The notes under the pieces are model-generated. The model saw only the letters and a program-made list of their open reading frames with translations. It was not told the DNA's origin and searched no databases. Position numbers and translations under genes: made by a program. A DNA stretch of 26,798 bases from a virus (taxonomy: Duplodnaviria > Caudoviricetes), in IMG/VR virus record IMGVR_UViG_3300048895_000111, positions 1 to 26,798 of that record; one strand, 5' to 3'. Positions 1 to 8,658 of this stretch are shown here, piece by piece. How positions within the stretch are numbered: the stretch's first letter is position 1; every line of letters starts with the position of its first letter.

Positions 1-915
1 GTCCGGGTCGCTCTCGTCGACGGCCTCGTCGTCGTCACAGGTCCAGACCCCGAAGCCGTCCACCGGGAGGCAGATGGCCGGGAAGAACGAGAACTTGCCC
101 CGCGTCGCACCCAGCGTCGGCAGCGCGCCCTTGATCGGGCGATCGGTGCTGCCGTTGACCGGGTTGCTGTAGATCGGCTGCGGGAGCGAGCAGCAACCGC
201 CCGCCGCCACCACGGCCTCCGGGCTGACGAACGAGTCGACCAGCCGGGTGTCCGCGTTGATCTTGCCGGTCAGCGTGCGGTCCTCGGCGTACGTGGTCTC
301 GATGCGGGCGACCCGCTCCTTGCCCGCCTTGAGGCTGCGGCTCGAGGAGTCGTGGAACGCCTCGGCCAGCGCACGGATGTTGGCACCCTGGACCACGTCG
401 CCGCCGATCAGCACGCGGGTATCGGTGGTCGCGAGATCCGGCTCGTTGACCTGGACGGTGGCGGTGCCGCTGAGGCCGAGCCGAGCGACTGCCTCCTGGA
501 CGGAGAGCATCTTGCCTCGCTTCGGCTTGGAGGAGAGCGACTTCTCGCCGTCCTTCTTCTTCTCGGCGTCGTCCTCGGGGTCGTTGTTGCCGTCGGTCTC
601 GTCGGCGTCGCCCTCGGTGTCGTCCTCGGGGTCCGAGGTCGCCTCTTCGGCGTCCGGGTCCGGGATGTCGGAGAGCGCGGCGTCCACGTCGGCGATCGCC
701 GCCTCCTGCTGCTCGGCAACGGCCTTGACGGCGGCGTCGGCAGCGAAGTAGGACTCGCGGAGGGTGGTCAGCGCGTCGAGGTCCGGCGAGCCGGAACCAC
801 GAAGGGCGTGGAGTTGACGGGCGATGGTGTCGCGGGCCTGAGTGAGTTCGGACAGCGAGAGAGTCTCTCCCGCGCCAACCCGACCCAGAATGCTGAGAGC
901 CTGCTGGAGATCCAT
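1..915 (-). CDS. Major capsid protein, hexamer-type (N-terminal part; runs off window edge)
   Basis: Not in the ORF track because it is open at the edge. My translation from ATG 915 reads MDLQQALSILGRVG..., then a long acidic scaffold-like stretch, then EAVVAAGGCCSLPQPIY, which resembles the (L/V)xAAGGxCxPxxxxY start of cluster-B-like actinophage hexamer capsid proteins. It lies directly downstream of the protease gene. Confidence 0.8.
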   Translation of the reverse strand, partial: MDLQQALSILGRVGAGETLSLSELTQARDTIARQLHALRGSGSPDLDALTTLRESYFAADAAVKAVAEQQEAAIADVDAALSDIPDPDAEEATSDPEDDTEGDADETDGNNDPEDDAEKKKDGEKSLSSKPKRGKMLSVQEAVARLGLSGTATVQVNEPDLATTDTRVLIGGDVVQGANIRALAEAFHDSSSRSLKAGKERVARIETTYAEDRTLTGKINADTRLVDSFVSPEAVVAAGGCCSLPQPIYSNPVNGSTDRPIKGALPTLGATRGKFSFFPAICLPVDGFGVWTCDDDEAVDESDPD

Positions 916-1024
916 TGGTGGACTTCTTTCGCGTCTGGAGTGAATCAGGGACGCGGTGCCCACCGCCAGTTCGCTCTACACAGAGCCGATTAGACCGAAG
1001 GGTAGCCTCGGATTGGCGGTCCCG

Positions 1025-3277
1025 CTACTCTTCGGGAGAATCTTCTGGAATCGGGACATCTGTGAGAGCCTCTTCGGCGACCAGAGCGACCGCCTTCTCG
1101 ATCCGCTTCAGGCTCGCCATGACGTCCTCCAGGCTGACCGTCTCCGCTGGCTTGTCCCCCTCCGCGGGGAAGGGGTTGTCCTCGAAGTGGTCACCGCACT
1201 CGGCGCAGAAACCGCCCTCCGGGTTCAGCACGTGGACGTGCTCCGGGCCGGTCAGAATCTGCGCGTCGCCGCCCGCGCTGGCCGCGACCGGCCACGCGGG
1301 AGTGGGGACGAGGTGGAGGCCGACCAGCGTGCGGCCACGCCCAGCGGGCCACAGTTCCACGCTCGGGGCGGACGCAGCGGCACGGAGCAGGGCGTCCTTG
1401 TCCACACCGGGCATCACGACCCCGCTGATGGCGAGGCCGAAGGGAGTTTCCCAGGCACGGACCATCGCGAAGATCGTGTTCGCGTCGTCGCGGTGGCGAC
1501 CCACCTCCAGCACACCCACACCCTGACGGGCGAGGTTGGCATCGATGTGCCGACCACCGAGGGTGAGCGCACCCGGCTGGAACGTGGTGCCGTCGGACAG
1601 TGTGATCAACTGCCCCGTGTGGAAGCCCCGGTGCCGAGAGTCCACGTCGCCGGGGTACTGGAAGCACGCGCCCATGTCGCTCCGGTGGCACACGCCCTTC
1701 GGCGCGGCGATGCCGTAGATGCGGCGGAGGCCGTTGGCGTCCTCGTCGCCGACGGAGAGCGGCACCAACTTCTTCGGCTTGAAGTCGGCGAAGTACTCAG
1801 CCGGGAGGGACGTCGAGCCAGCCGCAGCGGTGACCGCCTCGACGTCCTCCCCGGTGAGCGCCTCTGGCCGGACCGCCGTCTCCATGCCGTCGACCCGCTC
1901 GAGAGCGCTGATGGACCCGACCACCACCCCGTCGTGGTCGTTGTTGTCCGGGTCCCAGATGATCGGGATGGGGAGCAGTTCGTCGTCCCACTGGAGCGAC
2001 CCGTACTTCAGCGTACGGACGTCGCCGGTGTAGATGCCCTCGAACGTCACCGGGCCGGACACGCCGTAGCCGTCCTCGTCCAGGGTGAGGCGGGCGTTGC
2101 TGAACGCCGCCGTGTCGACGATCGCGACGTGGCGCGGGCGGATCTCGGCGTTGAGGTAGATCTCGTTCGCCTCCGCCATCTTCGCAGCCATCGTCTCCTC
2201 GTCGTCGTCCGGGCTGGGCTCCAGCGCGGCCAACTTCTCGGCCACCTCCGGGTGGAGGTCGTGCTTGATGGACACCGCCACCGCACCCTCACGGAGGAGT
2301 TCCTGCACGCGGGCCACCAGAGCCTGAGTGCGGGGGTCCTCGGACAGGGACAGGGTGCCCGTGCCGATGATGCCTGCGGTCTTCTTCTCGTCAGCCACGG
2401 GGGGCTCCTCTGTCTCTTCGGTGGTCCAGCCGTCCGGAAGATCGACATCACACTTGAGGGCGCTCCTCCGCTTCTTGATGTGAGCCTTGGCCTTGGCCGG
2501 GTCACTCGCCCGGCCAATGGCCTGGATCGCGTTCTTCAGGTCAGCGCAGTCGCCGATCGGGAACGACCCGTCCGGGAGCGCCCTGCCGTCCTTCGCCATC
2601 GCCTTCCGGGCTTCAGGCGAGTAGTCCTTGAAGTCCACGCCGTCACCGTCCTTGTCGTTCCGACGCTCCTTGCGCTCGGGGCGCGTACCGTCCGCATCGA
2701 AGGGGCAGTCGGGCCAGTCCTCGTACTTGTCGACGATCCGCTTGTAGATCGCGCAGATCTTGCTCTTGATCGCCTGCTTCTCGGATGGGGATGCACCCAC
2801 CATCCTGTCGATACCGTGCCCCCCGGACACGGCCGACATTCCACGGGGGACGATGTGCAAGCCACCGTCGTTGACATCGGTGTAAGGGAGTTTGTACGCC
2901 TGTCGGGTGTTGAGGTCCTGCGAGGTGTCGATGAAGAAGAACGCCTGACGGAGTTTTGCAGTGTCGAGCGACCCGTCGTCTTTCGTGGCCCACTCGAACA
3001 CTCGGTTCGTTGCAGCCTCGCCGTCCCACGGCTCGTCACGGCCACCGATGGGGAGTTCGAGGCTCCCACCGACCTTGAACTCGCCGGCATCCACCTCCAG
3101 CCACTCCATCAACGCTCTCAGGGAGCGTGGGCCGGGGAGCCTGCCCTGCTTCAGACGGCTGAACGCGGCCTGATGGATGCCCACCTCCTCCGCAACCTCG
3201 CTCCAGGACAGTGGGACGCCGGACCCTCGCGTCTCACGGGCGTCCTCAAGGGCTGCAAGAAGAGCGTAGGCGTCCAT
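1025..3277 (-). CDS. Capsid maturation protease, multidomain (N-terminal XRE-like HTH, PWDG...YKLP domain, ALPDGSFPI/DUF6582-like domain)
   Basis: 750 aa between portal and capsid genes. Motifs LSWSEVAEEVGIHQAAFSRLKQG, RDEPWDGEAA...AYKLPYTDV...IVPRG, ALPDGSFPI...DLKNAIQAIGRA and the C-terminal RIYGIAA...CH region typical of actinophage head proteases. Confidence 0.75.
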   Translation of the reverse strand: MDAYALLAALEDARETRGSGVPLSWSEVAEEVGIHQAAFSRLKQGRLPGPRSLRALMEWLEVDAGEFKVGGSLELPIGGRDEPWDGEAATNRVFEWATKDDGSLDTAKLRQAFFFIDTSQDLNTRQAYKLPYTDVNDGGLHIVPRGMSAVSGGHGIDRMVGASPSEKQAIKSKICAIYKRIVDKYEDWPDCPFDADGTRPERKERRNDKDGDGVDFKDYSPEARKAMAKDGRALPDGSFPIGDCADLKNAIQAIGRASDPAKAKAHIKKRRSALKCDVDLPDGWTTEETEEPPVADEKKTAGIIGTGTLSLSEDPRTQALVARVQELLREGAVAVSIKHDLHPEVAEKLAALEPSPDDDEETMAAKMAEANEIYLNAEIRPRHVAIVDTAAFSNARLTLDEDGYGVSGPVTFEGIYTGDVRTLKYGSLQWDDELLPIPIIWDPDNNDHDGVVVGSISALERVDGMETAVRPEALTGEDVEAVTAAAGSTSLPAEYFADFKPKKLVPLSVGDEDANGLRRIYGIAAPKGVCHRSDMGACFQYPGDVDSRHRGFHTGQLITLSDGTTFQPGALTLGGRHIDANLARQGVGVLEVGRHRDDANTIFAMVRAWETPFGLAISGVVMPGVDKDALLRAAASAPSVELWPAGRGRTLVGLHLVPTPAWPVAASAGGDAQILTGPEHVHVLNPEGGFCAECGDHFEDNPFPAEGDKPAETVSLEDVMASLKRIEKAVALVAEEALTDVPIPEDSPEE

Positions 3278-3294
3278 AAGACGCAGCGTAGGGG

Positions 3295-4995
3295 TCAGTC
3301 GGGGGTGTTTGCAAGCCCTTGCAGAAGATTTGCCAGTTCATCGTCTCCCAGGGGGACCGGATCGGTGCTGTCCAACGTTGCCAGCACATGCTCGGTCAAC
3401 CCGTCCACGAGATTGTCCCCCGCGCAGGACCGTGGGCCGAGGAACAGGAGACTGTCGGACACCACCGAGGCCACATCCAGCCCCGCGCTCTCGAGCGCAT
3501 GGAGTCCCAGGTGGGCGGGCACCGCGTCGTTGGTCATGTTGGACGGCAGGGAGTCTCTCAGGACCTTGTGCGTGCGAGCCTTGGCACCTATCCGGTCCCG
3601 CGCCCGGAACGTGGCGACGTCGATCTTGCCGCGCCACTCCGCGATGACAGTGGGGTCCAGATCCTTCTGGTCAGCAGGGGCACCGCTGGGGTCTTCCCGG
3701 TCGGCGCGTGCTGCCCGCTGGCGGGGTGTCTCGGTGGTCGGGCTGTGACCTCCCTGATCCTGGTTCTCCGGCTTGTCCACGCCGATGGTCTGGCGGCGTG
3801 CCCGCTCTTCCTCGGACGGGGCGGCGTACGACGGGATGTCGAGAACCTCGCGGAGATAGTCGCCACTGACCTCGCCCCGGTCGTAGGCATCCTTGACGTC
3901 TTGGACCGTGGACCGCTTGGCGAGGAGGAGGGTCGGGTCCGGCTTGACCTCGACCTCCACGTCCTCGAAGAGGGTGTTCAGCACGTCGGTCGCCACCTGA
4001 GCGACGATGTTGGCTGGCGGCTCGATGTGCGCCCGGTACGAGTTCTCCTCGACCTGGAAGGCCGTGGCCCGCGACTGCGCTGACAGGCCCAGCAGGATCT
4101 CAGGTGGGATGGGCAGGCCGTACGCCAGCCGGTGGATCATGGCCTCCATGCGGCCCTCGATGCGGGCGTCGTAGGGGAAGTCGGGCACAACCCAGGAGAG
4201 CCCGCCCATGCCGCGACCTGACGCCATCGGCTCGACGAGTTCCTTCGCGCCTCGCAGGTGGACCGGCCCCACGTCGGTCGGGTCGAGCATCTTGGCCCGG
4301 AGCGACTTGTCCCACTCGTCCCAGAAGTCACCGCCCCCTGCGAAGTTCAGGCCATCGGCCGAACCGAGGATGCCGCGCATCCCCACCCGGTTCGCGGACT
4401 GAGCACGGCTCAGTCGCTGGAGCCAGTCCATGTCGCAGAGGATGGACAGCACCCCGAACAACGGAGCATCCGGCATCACCGGGTCGATGGGTGAGGGCCA
4501 CAAGCCCCGGACGACATGCTCCGCCTCCTTGAACCAGGAGTTCTGGTCGGGGTGGATGACGGACAGGACGTGCCAGCAGTCGTCCTTGTAGACGTAGAAC
4601 AACTCGCCAGCGACGTACAGGTTCGTCGTCACCAGCCGGACCATGCCGGTCGTCCAGCCGATGGACTTCAGCACCTCGGCGGAAGCCTTCGAGTGCGGGT
4701 TGGTCTTCTCACCCTTGCCGCCGGACACGACGGTGCTGCCGTCGGGGAGTTCCAGTTCCCAGTCAGTGGACCCGTCGACGAAGACGTCCCACTGCATCCG
4801 GGACATCTGGTCGGCAGCCCACCCGACGATGTAGCGCACCTCACCGACGGCCTCGGTCTCCGTGACGGCAGCACCATAGACGGCGGTCTTCGGCTGAGCC
4901 TGAGCAGCCGCAGCCGCCGCTCCGTAGGCTCCGTAGTAGCCCCACGCCTGAATCTGCTGATTCCTGACGAGGGTGGCAGGCGGTGAGTAGGCCAT
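3295..4995 (-). CDS. Portal protein
   Basis: 566 aa between terminase and protease. AWGYY...VGEVRYIVGWAADQMSR and RLAYGLPIPPEILLG motifs match cluster-B-like actinophage portals. Confidence 0.85.
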   Translation of the reverse strand: MAYSPPATLVRNQQIQAWGYYGAYGAAAAAAQAQPKTAVYGAAVTETEAVGEVRYIVGWAADQMSRMQWDVFVDGSTDWELELPDGSTVVSGGKGEKTNPHSKASAEVLKSIGWTTGMVRLVTTNLYVAGELFYVYKDDCWHVLSVIHPDQNSWFKEAEHVVRGLWPSPIDPVMPDAPLFGVLSILCDMDWLQRLSRAQSANRVGMRGILGSADGLNFAGGGDFWDEWDKSLRAKMLDPTDVGPVHLRGAKELVEPMASGRGMGGLSWVVPDFPYDARIEGRMEAMIHRLAYGLPIPPEILLGLSAQSRATAFQVEENSYRAHIEPPANIVAQVATDVLNTLFEDVEVEVKPDPTLLLAKRSTVQDVKDAYDRGEVSGDYLREVLDIPSYAAPSEEERARRQTIGVDKPENQDQGGHSPTTETPRQRAARADREDPSGAPADQKDLDPTVIAEWRGKIDVATFRARDRIGAKARTHKVLRDSLPSNMTNDAVPAHLGLHALESAGLDVASVVSDSLLFLGPRSCAGDNLVDGLTEHVLATLDSTDPVPLGDDELANLLQGLANTPD

Positions 4996-5001
4996 GACTT
5001 G

Positions 5002-5274
5002 TCAGTCTCCCTGAATGTAAGAGCCGACAATCCCAGTGATGGCGGCAGCGGCGAAAGCGGTGATGATGGTGTGACTCCAGTCGGGGTGGTACAGGATCAC
5101 GGCGGGGATGATGCTGAACCATGCTCCGCTGCACCACGGGCACATCAGCCACTTCTTCGACCACGGATGCCGATACAGCAGGCGAGGCACCGGCGCGAAC
5201 ATGCCGTCCTCATCGTTCAGGTTCGCGTGCCACCAGACACCGAACAGTCCGGCAATCACGGCGATCGTGATCAC
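5002..5274 (-). CDS. DUF1360-like membrane protein
   Basis: Hydrophobic segments and a WLMCPWCSGAW motif; sits immediately upstream of the portal gene. Confidence 0.7.
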   Translation of the reverse strand: MITIAVIAGLFGVWWHANLNDEDGMFAPVPRLLYRHPWSKKWLMCPWCSGAWFSIIPAVILYHPDWSHTIITAFAAAAITGIVGSYIQGD

Positions 5275-5774
5275 AGGAGTTCCTCAGCCGCCAGCATCTT
5301 CTCGAGGTCAGCGGTCAGGCCGACGCGCTGCTTCCCCTCTTGCTCGGCCTCCAGCGCGGCCTGCGCCCGGTCCGGGTCGTCGCCGACCCACTCCAGCACC
5401 ACGGCAGCCGAGCCGTCAGGCACGACGTCCATCTCCTGGGTGTCGTCGTCCTCAGGAAGTTCGACGGTCTCGGGCTCCGGTGCTGCCGCGAGGGAGGCGT
5501 CCCACCACTGCGTCATGGTCTCGGTGGAGACCTTGCACTTCGCGAGTTTGTACTGACACGAGGAGCCTCTGCGTCGCCACGTGATCGGGCCTTCCTCGCT
5601 GACGCCGGTGCCTCGCCCCGTGGTGACGTTCTGCACGGCGAACGCGGCGTACGGCTCCTCGGAGCCGGCGATGAACACGACCCCCTCGTCCTCGTCGTTG
5701 ATGAGGATGCGGCTCAGCCCGAACTTCCAGCCGGGTCCGGTCACCGCCGCGATCAGGTCATGCGTTACGTTCAT
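5271..5774 (-). CDS. Hypothetical protein with small C-terminal helical domain (VLEWVGDDPDRAQAALEAE)
   Basis: GAGAGAAG RBS upstream; 4-bp overlap with the next gene; the C-terminal motif recurs in actinophage virion-region proteins. Confidence 0.7.
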   Translation of the reverse strand: MNVTHDLIAAVTGPGWKFGLSRILINDEDEGVVFIAGSEEPYAAFAVQNVTTGRGTGVSEEGPITWRRRGSSCQYKLAKCKVSTETMTQWWDASLAAAPEPETVELPEDDDTQEMDVVPDGSAAVVLEWVGDDPDRAQAALEAEQEGKQRVGLTADLEKMLAAEELL

Positions 5775-5786
5775 CTTCTCTCCTTC

Positions 5787-7148
5787 TCAGAACCGACCCA
5801 TTCTCACAGAACTCAGGGCCGAGGGGAGCCCGACCGGCCCCGGCGTTGACACACTACTCCCTCGGACGACGGCTGTATGCCTTGACCTCAAGTACCAGCA
5901 CGCCCAGACCATCGCGTCCAGCCGGTCGGGCGACGCGGGAGTCTCGCCCGGCACCCACTCGCACAACTCGTCGATCAACTTCCCGCTCGTCGTCACCATG
6001 TGGACGATCTGCTCGCTGACCTCCCAGAGTAGGGCAATCGGCTCGGCCCGCGTCTTCTTGTTCTTCGTGGCGTTGACCGTGTGAATCGGCAGCGCGTGCC
6101 CAGCGGAGTTGAGCACCTCTTTCACCATCTGCCCGCCCTGATTGATCTCGGCGATCACGACGGCGTCGTACGTGTCGGCGGCATCCTTCACCCGCGCCGC
6201 CCAGACGTGCGGGCTGGCCTCCTCCACCGAGCGGTCGTCAAGGACATACATGTGACCGCTCGCGTCTTGGCCGACCACGACGATTCCGCAGGTCCCCTGC
6301 CCGGTCGGCGGGTCCACCCCCACGACGATCCTGTCACAGATCGCAGCCACGGCGGAGGCTGGCCCGGTGACCTTCGACCGCTCAATGTCGTTCGCCTTCC
6401 ACAGCGCACCCTCCACATCCTCGATGACCTCGCCCAGGACCTCCTGGCGGTAGAGCCGAGTTCCGTAGTAGAGCGTGTTCAGCGTGTGCAGCCAGTCCAG
6501 GGGGATGTACTTGTTGTCCATCGACGTGCCGTGCCTGACCACGACCCGTGGGTCGGCCTCCCACTTCTTGATCAGGTCGTGGGGCCGGGGCGTGCTGCTC
6601 ACCAGCCACCGTCGGTCCCCACGTCGACGTGACAGCGACGCCTGCTGGAACGCCTGAGTGGCGCACGGATTGGCGAAGAACTCCTCAAAGACGTCGAAGT
6701 CCACGTTCGTCAGAGCACGGAGCCTGTCCACGTCTTTCTCGGTGGGTGTGCCCACGATCCACACGCGACTCCCGTTCGGGTAGCGCACACACGCGCCACC
6801 GGGCGCAGACGGGAGCCACTTCGCGACTCCCTTCGACAGAGTCAGCAGTCCGTTGGGTCCATCCACGGCGGCGGCAATACCGTCGCCCAGAGTAGGAGCA
6901 ATGACCCTCGCCCTGATGTTCTTCGTCTCGCTCAGAGTCGTGTGGAGTTCCCACATCGCCGCGAACGACTTCCCAGCACCGCGCCCTGCCATCATGGCGA
7001 AACCGAGCGCGTCGGCGTTCTCCCCCGGGTCGCGGGCAGAGCCGGGGGGAATCCTCCATGGGGGGATCTGATGGTGCTGGAGAATGACTCTACCCGCTAG
7101 GCGCTCCCGTAGTCCTTCCGCGAGGGCGGTGGACGTCAAGGAGGCCAT
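5787..7148 (-). CDS. terL: Terminase large subunit
   Basis: Walker A AGRGAGKS, Walker B-like DVFEEF, STTPRP coupling motif, RQEVLGE, nuclease VGVDPP and SPDRLDAMVW. Confidence 0.95.
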   Translation of the reverse strand: MASLTSTALAEGLRERLAGRVILQHHQIPPWRIPPGSARDPGENADALGFAMMAGRGAGKSFAAMWELHTTLSETKNIRARVIAPTLGDGIAAAVDGPNGLLTLSKGVAKWLPSAPGGACVRYPNGSRVWIVGTPTEKDVDRLRALTNVDFDVFEEFFANPCATQAFQQASLSRRRGDRRWLVSSTPRPHDLIKKWEADPRVVVRHGTSMDNKYIPLDWLHTLNTLYYGTRLYRQEVLGEVIEDVEGALWKANDIERSKVTGPASAVAAICDRIVVGVDPPTGQGTCGIVVVGQDASGHMYVLDDRSVEEASPHVWAARVKDAADTYDAVVIAEINQGGQMVKEVLNSAGHALPIHTVNATKNKKTRAEPIALLWEVSEQIVHMVTTSGKLIDELCEWVPGETPASPDRLDAMVWACWYLRSRHTAVVRGSSVSTPGPVGLPSALSSVRMGRF

Positions 7149-7154
7149 AGCCCG

Positions 7155-7394
7155 CTACGTTAGCAGGTCGTCCTCGGTCGCGTCGTCAATCAAGATCACA
7201 ACGTCCTTGCCGATCCGCTCCAGGAACCAGTCCGTCGCCGCAGGGTTCAGGCTGTTGATCTGGAGAGTCCCGGACGGAGTGTACGCCGCCCACTCCTTGT
7301 ACGGACCCTTCGCGACGGGCTGGGCATTCAGGACACCGACACCGTTCGCTCGCTTCTCGACGCCTGAGATGTAGAACACGCACTTCACAGCCAT
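7155..7394 (-). CDS. Conserved phage hypothetical protein (YTPSGTLQINSLNPAA)
   Basis: GAGGAG RBS; the TPSGxLxIxxxNP motif is common in small phage proteins. Confidence 0.75.
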   Translation of the reverse strand: MAVKCVFYISGVEKRANGVGVLNAQPVAKGPYKEWAAYTPSGTLQINSLNPAATDWFLERIGKDVVILIDDATEDDLLT

Positions 7395-7591
7395 GACTTC
7401 TCCTCTTGTCGTTTCCGGTAGAAGCGGCTGCGAATCTCCACGGGAGCATCCGACCAGGGCTCAGCATACACCCGAGGGAATCTCCATGCGCGTGTCTCGG
7501 CTATGCGTGCGGAGAATGCCATGTGCGATCTCAAAAGCCGGTGAAGGGGACGTCGGTCGTCTCCGCGGCGGATCCCGGGGGCCTGCGCGGC

Positions 7592-7620
7592 TTGCCTAGC
7601 GCGTGGGCGTGTGCTAAGAT
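7592..7620 (+). promoter_or_regulatory. SigA/HrdB-like promoter TTGCCT-N17-TAAGAT with extended -10 TG
   Basis: Near-consensus hexamers with exact 17-bp spacer; followed by TAGGCAAGC like the other promoter copies; AAAGGA RBS before ATG 7668. Confidence 0.75.
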
Positions 7621-7667
7621 TGCCGTAGGCAAGCCACCAGGGCCTGCCACTAGCAAAGGAAACCGCT

Positions 7668-8015
7668 ATGCCCGCAAAATCCGCCGCCCCCGCCCCCGCC
7701 GCGCACGTTGGCCCGTACCGCACGCACGCGGGCTGGCACGCCGCGCACGCCGCCGCCGTGGGTGCCAACCGTGGCAACCCCACCGCGCGCGCCGCGTGCA
7801 CGGTTGCCACGCACCTTGCGTGGCGTGCCCCCGCCGCCGCCGTGGCGTGGCACAAGGGCACTAACGCCGCCATGCTGGCCCACTGCGCCACGCTGGGGAT
7901 TTCCACCGGCATGCCCGTGCACGCCGCTATGGCCCTTGTGGTGGCAAGCCTGCCCGCTGGCCCCACCACAACCGCGCTGGCCAAGGAAACCCGCGCGCTG
8001 GCCCCGGCCAAGTAG
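7668..8015 (+). CDS. Ala/His-rich THLAW-motif protein, paralogue of 9712-10155, encoded in GA/TC-depleted DNA
   Basis: Own promoter and RBS; 20/50 ungapped identity with the core of the 9712 protein. Confidence 0.8.
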   Translation: MPAKSAAPAPAAHVGPYRTHAGWHAAHAAAVGANRGNPTARAACTVATHLAWRAPAAAVAWHKGTNAAMLAHCATLGISTGMPVHAAMALVVASLPAGPTTTALAKETRALAPAK

Positions 8016-8021
8016 CCCGCC

Positions 8022-8050
8022 GCCCCCCGCCGCCGCCAGCGGCGGGGGGC
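8022..8050 (+). terminator. 12-bp GC hairpin after stop codon (terminator or RNA stability hairpin)
   Basis: GCCCCCCGCCGC-cgcca-GCGGCGGGGGGC; no U-tract. Confidence 0.5.
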
Positions 8051-8071
8051 CACCGGCAGGAGCGACAAACC

Positions 8072-8136
8072 GCCAGCGCAGCACGGTCCGGGGTGCGACC
8101 CCCCGGCTGGCACGAGGCCCCGCAACGGGCGGGGCC
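8072..8136 (+). ncRNA. tRNA-like T-loop leader element, copy 1 (divergent), plus downstream hairpin
   Basis: GCCAG...CCGGGG-TGCGACC-CCCCGG-CTGGC-acga-GGCCCCGC/GCGGGGCC; same architecture as copies 2-4 with compensatory changes. Confidence 0.6.
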
Positions 8137-8157
8137 ACGAGGGCGAAGGAGCCCAGC

Positions 8158-8382
8158 ATGACAAGCAAGATCCACGGCACGCGCCGCGACACGGCGTCCG
8201 TGTCGACCACGACCCGGACGACGCACTACGTCAGCGTCGACCTCTCCGACCTGCTGGCGCAGTTCGACGTGACCGACGAGGTGGTCCTGATGGTGGCAAC
8301 GCCGTCCGGCCGCGACCAGCGGGTCGCCGTCCGCCGCAACCTGCTGGCCCCGGCCCGCAACGACGAGGGATGGGCCGTCTGA
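8158..8382 (+). CDS. Hypothetical protein (MTSKIHGTRR...)
   Basis: GAAGGAG RBS before ATG 8158; typical codon usage; TGATG coupling to the next gene. Confidence 0.75.
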   Translation: MTSKIHGTRRDTASVSTTTRTTHYVSVDLSDLLAQFDVTDEVVLMVATPSGRDQRVAVRRNLLAPARNDEGWAV

Positions 8383-8594
8383 TGACCATCCACATCCACG
8401 CGGGCGGCACGCTTCGCACGCTCTGCGACCAGCCGCTCGTGCTCGGGGACGTCTCGTGGGAGGACGCCGCGAAGGCGGAGTGCACGGTCTGCGCCTCCTA
8501 CTTCGGGCGGCGGGTCCCGCAGTACGGACCGGAGTGGGTCTCCCACGTCCAGTCCGGCGGCACCGTCCTGGACGGGAACCTCCTGGTCGGCTGA
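8382..8594 (+). CDS. Hypothetical protein, possibly Zn-binding (H...C...CxxC)
   Basis: TGATG overlap start; MTIHIHAGG...TLC...ECTVC. Confidence 0.7.
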   Translation: MTIHIHAGGTLRTLCDQPLVLGDVSWEDAAKAECTVCASYFGRRVPQYGPEWVSHVQSGGTVLDGNLLVG

Positions 8595-8610
8595 CCGGCA
8601 GGAGCGACAA

Positions 8611-8644
8611 GGGCCTCGTCCCCCTCGGGGGGCGGGGCTCTTTC
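8611..8644 (+). terminator. Intrinsic terminator
   Basis: GC-rich stem with G-U pairs (GGGCCTCGTCCCC...GGGGGGCGGGGCTC) followed by TTT, right after the 8382-8594 stop. Confidence 0.65.
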
Positions 8645-8658
8645 GCGCGCCCGGCCCG

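Larger units (their letters stand above)
8052..8610 (+). repeat. 17-bp direct repeat ACCGGCAGGAGCGACAA at 8052-8068 and 8594-8610
   Basis: Two exact copies flanking a two-gene unit. Confidence 0.85.

Noticed and set aside
956-3748. 930-aa plus-strand ORF and other long antisense ORFs throughout the window
   Set aside because: Shadow frames of real genes in high-GC DNA; no RBS or recognisable motifs, and the opposite strand carries clear phage proteins.
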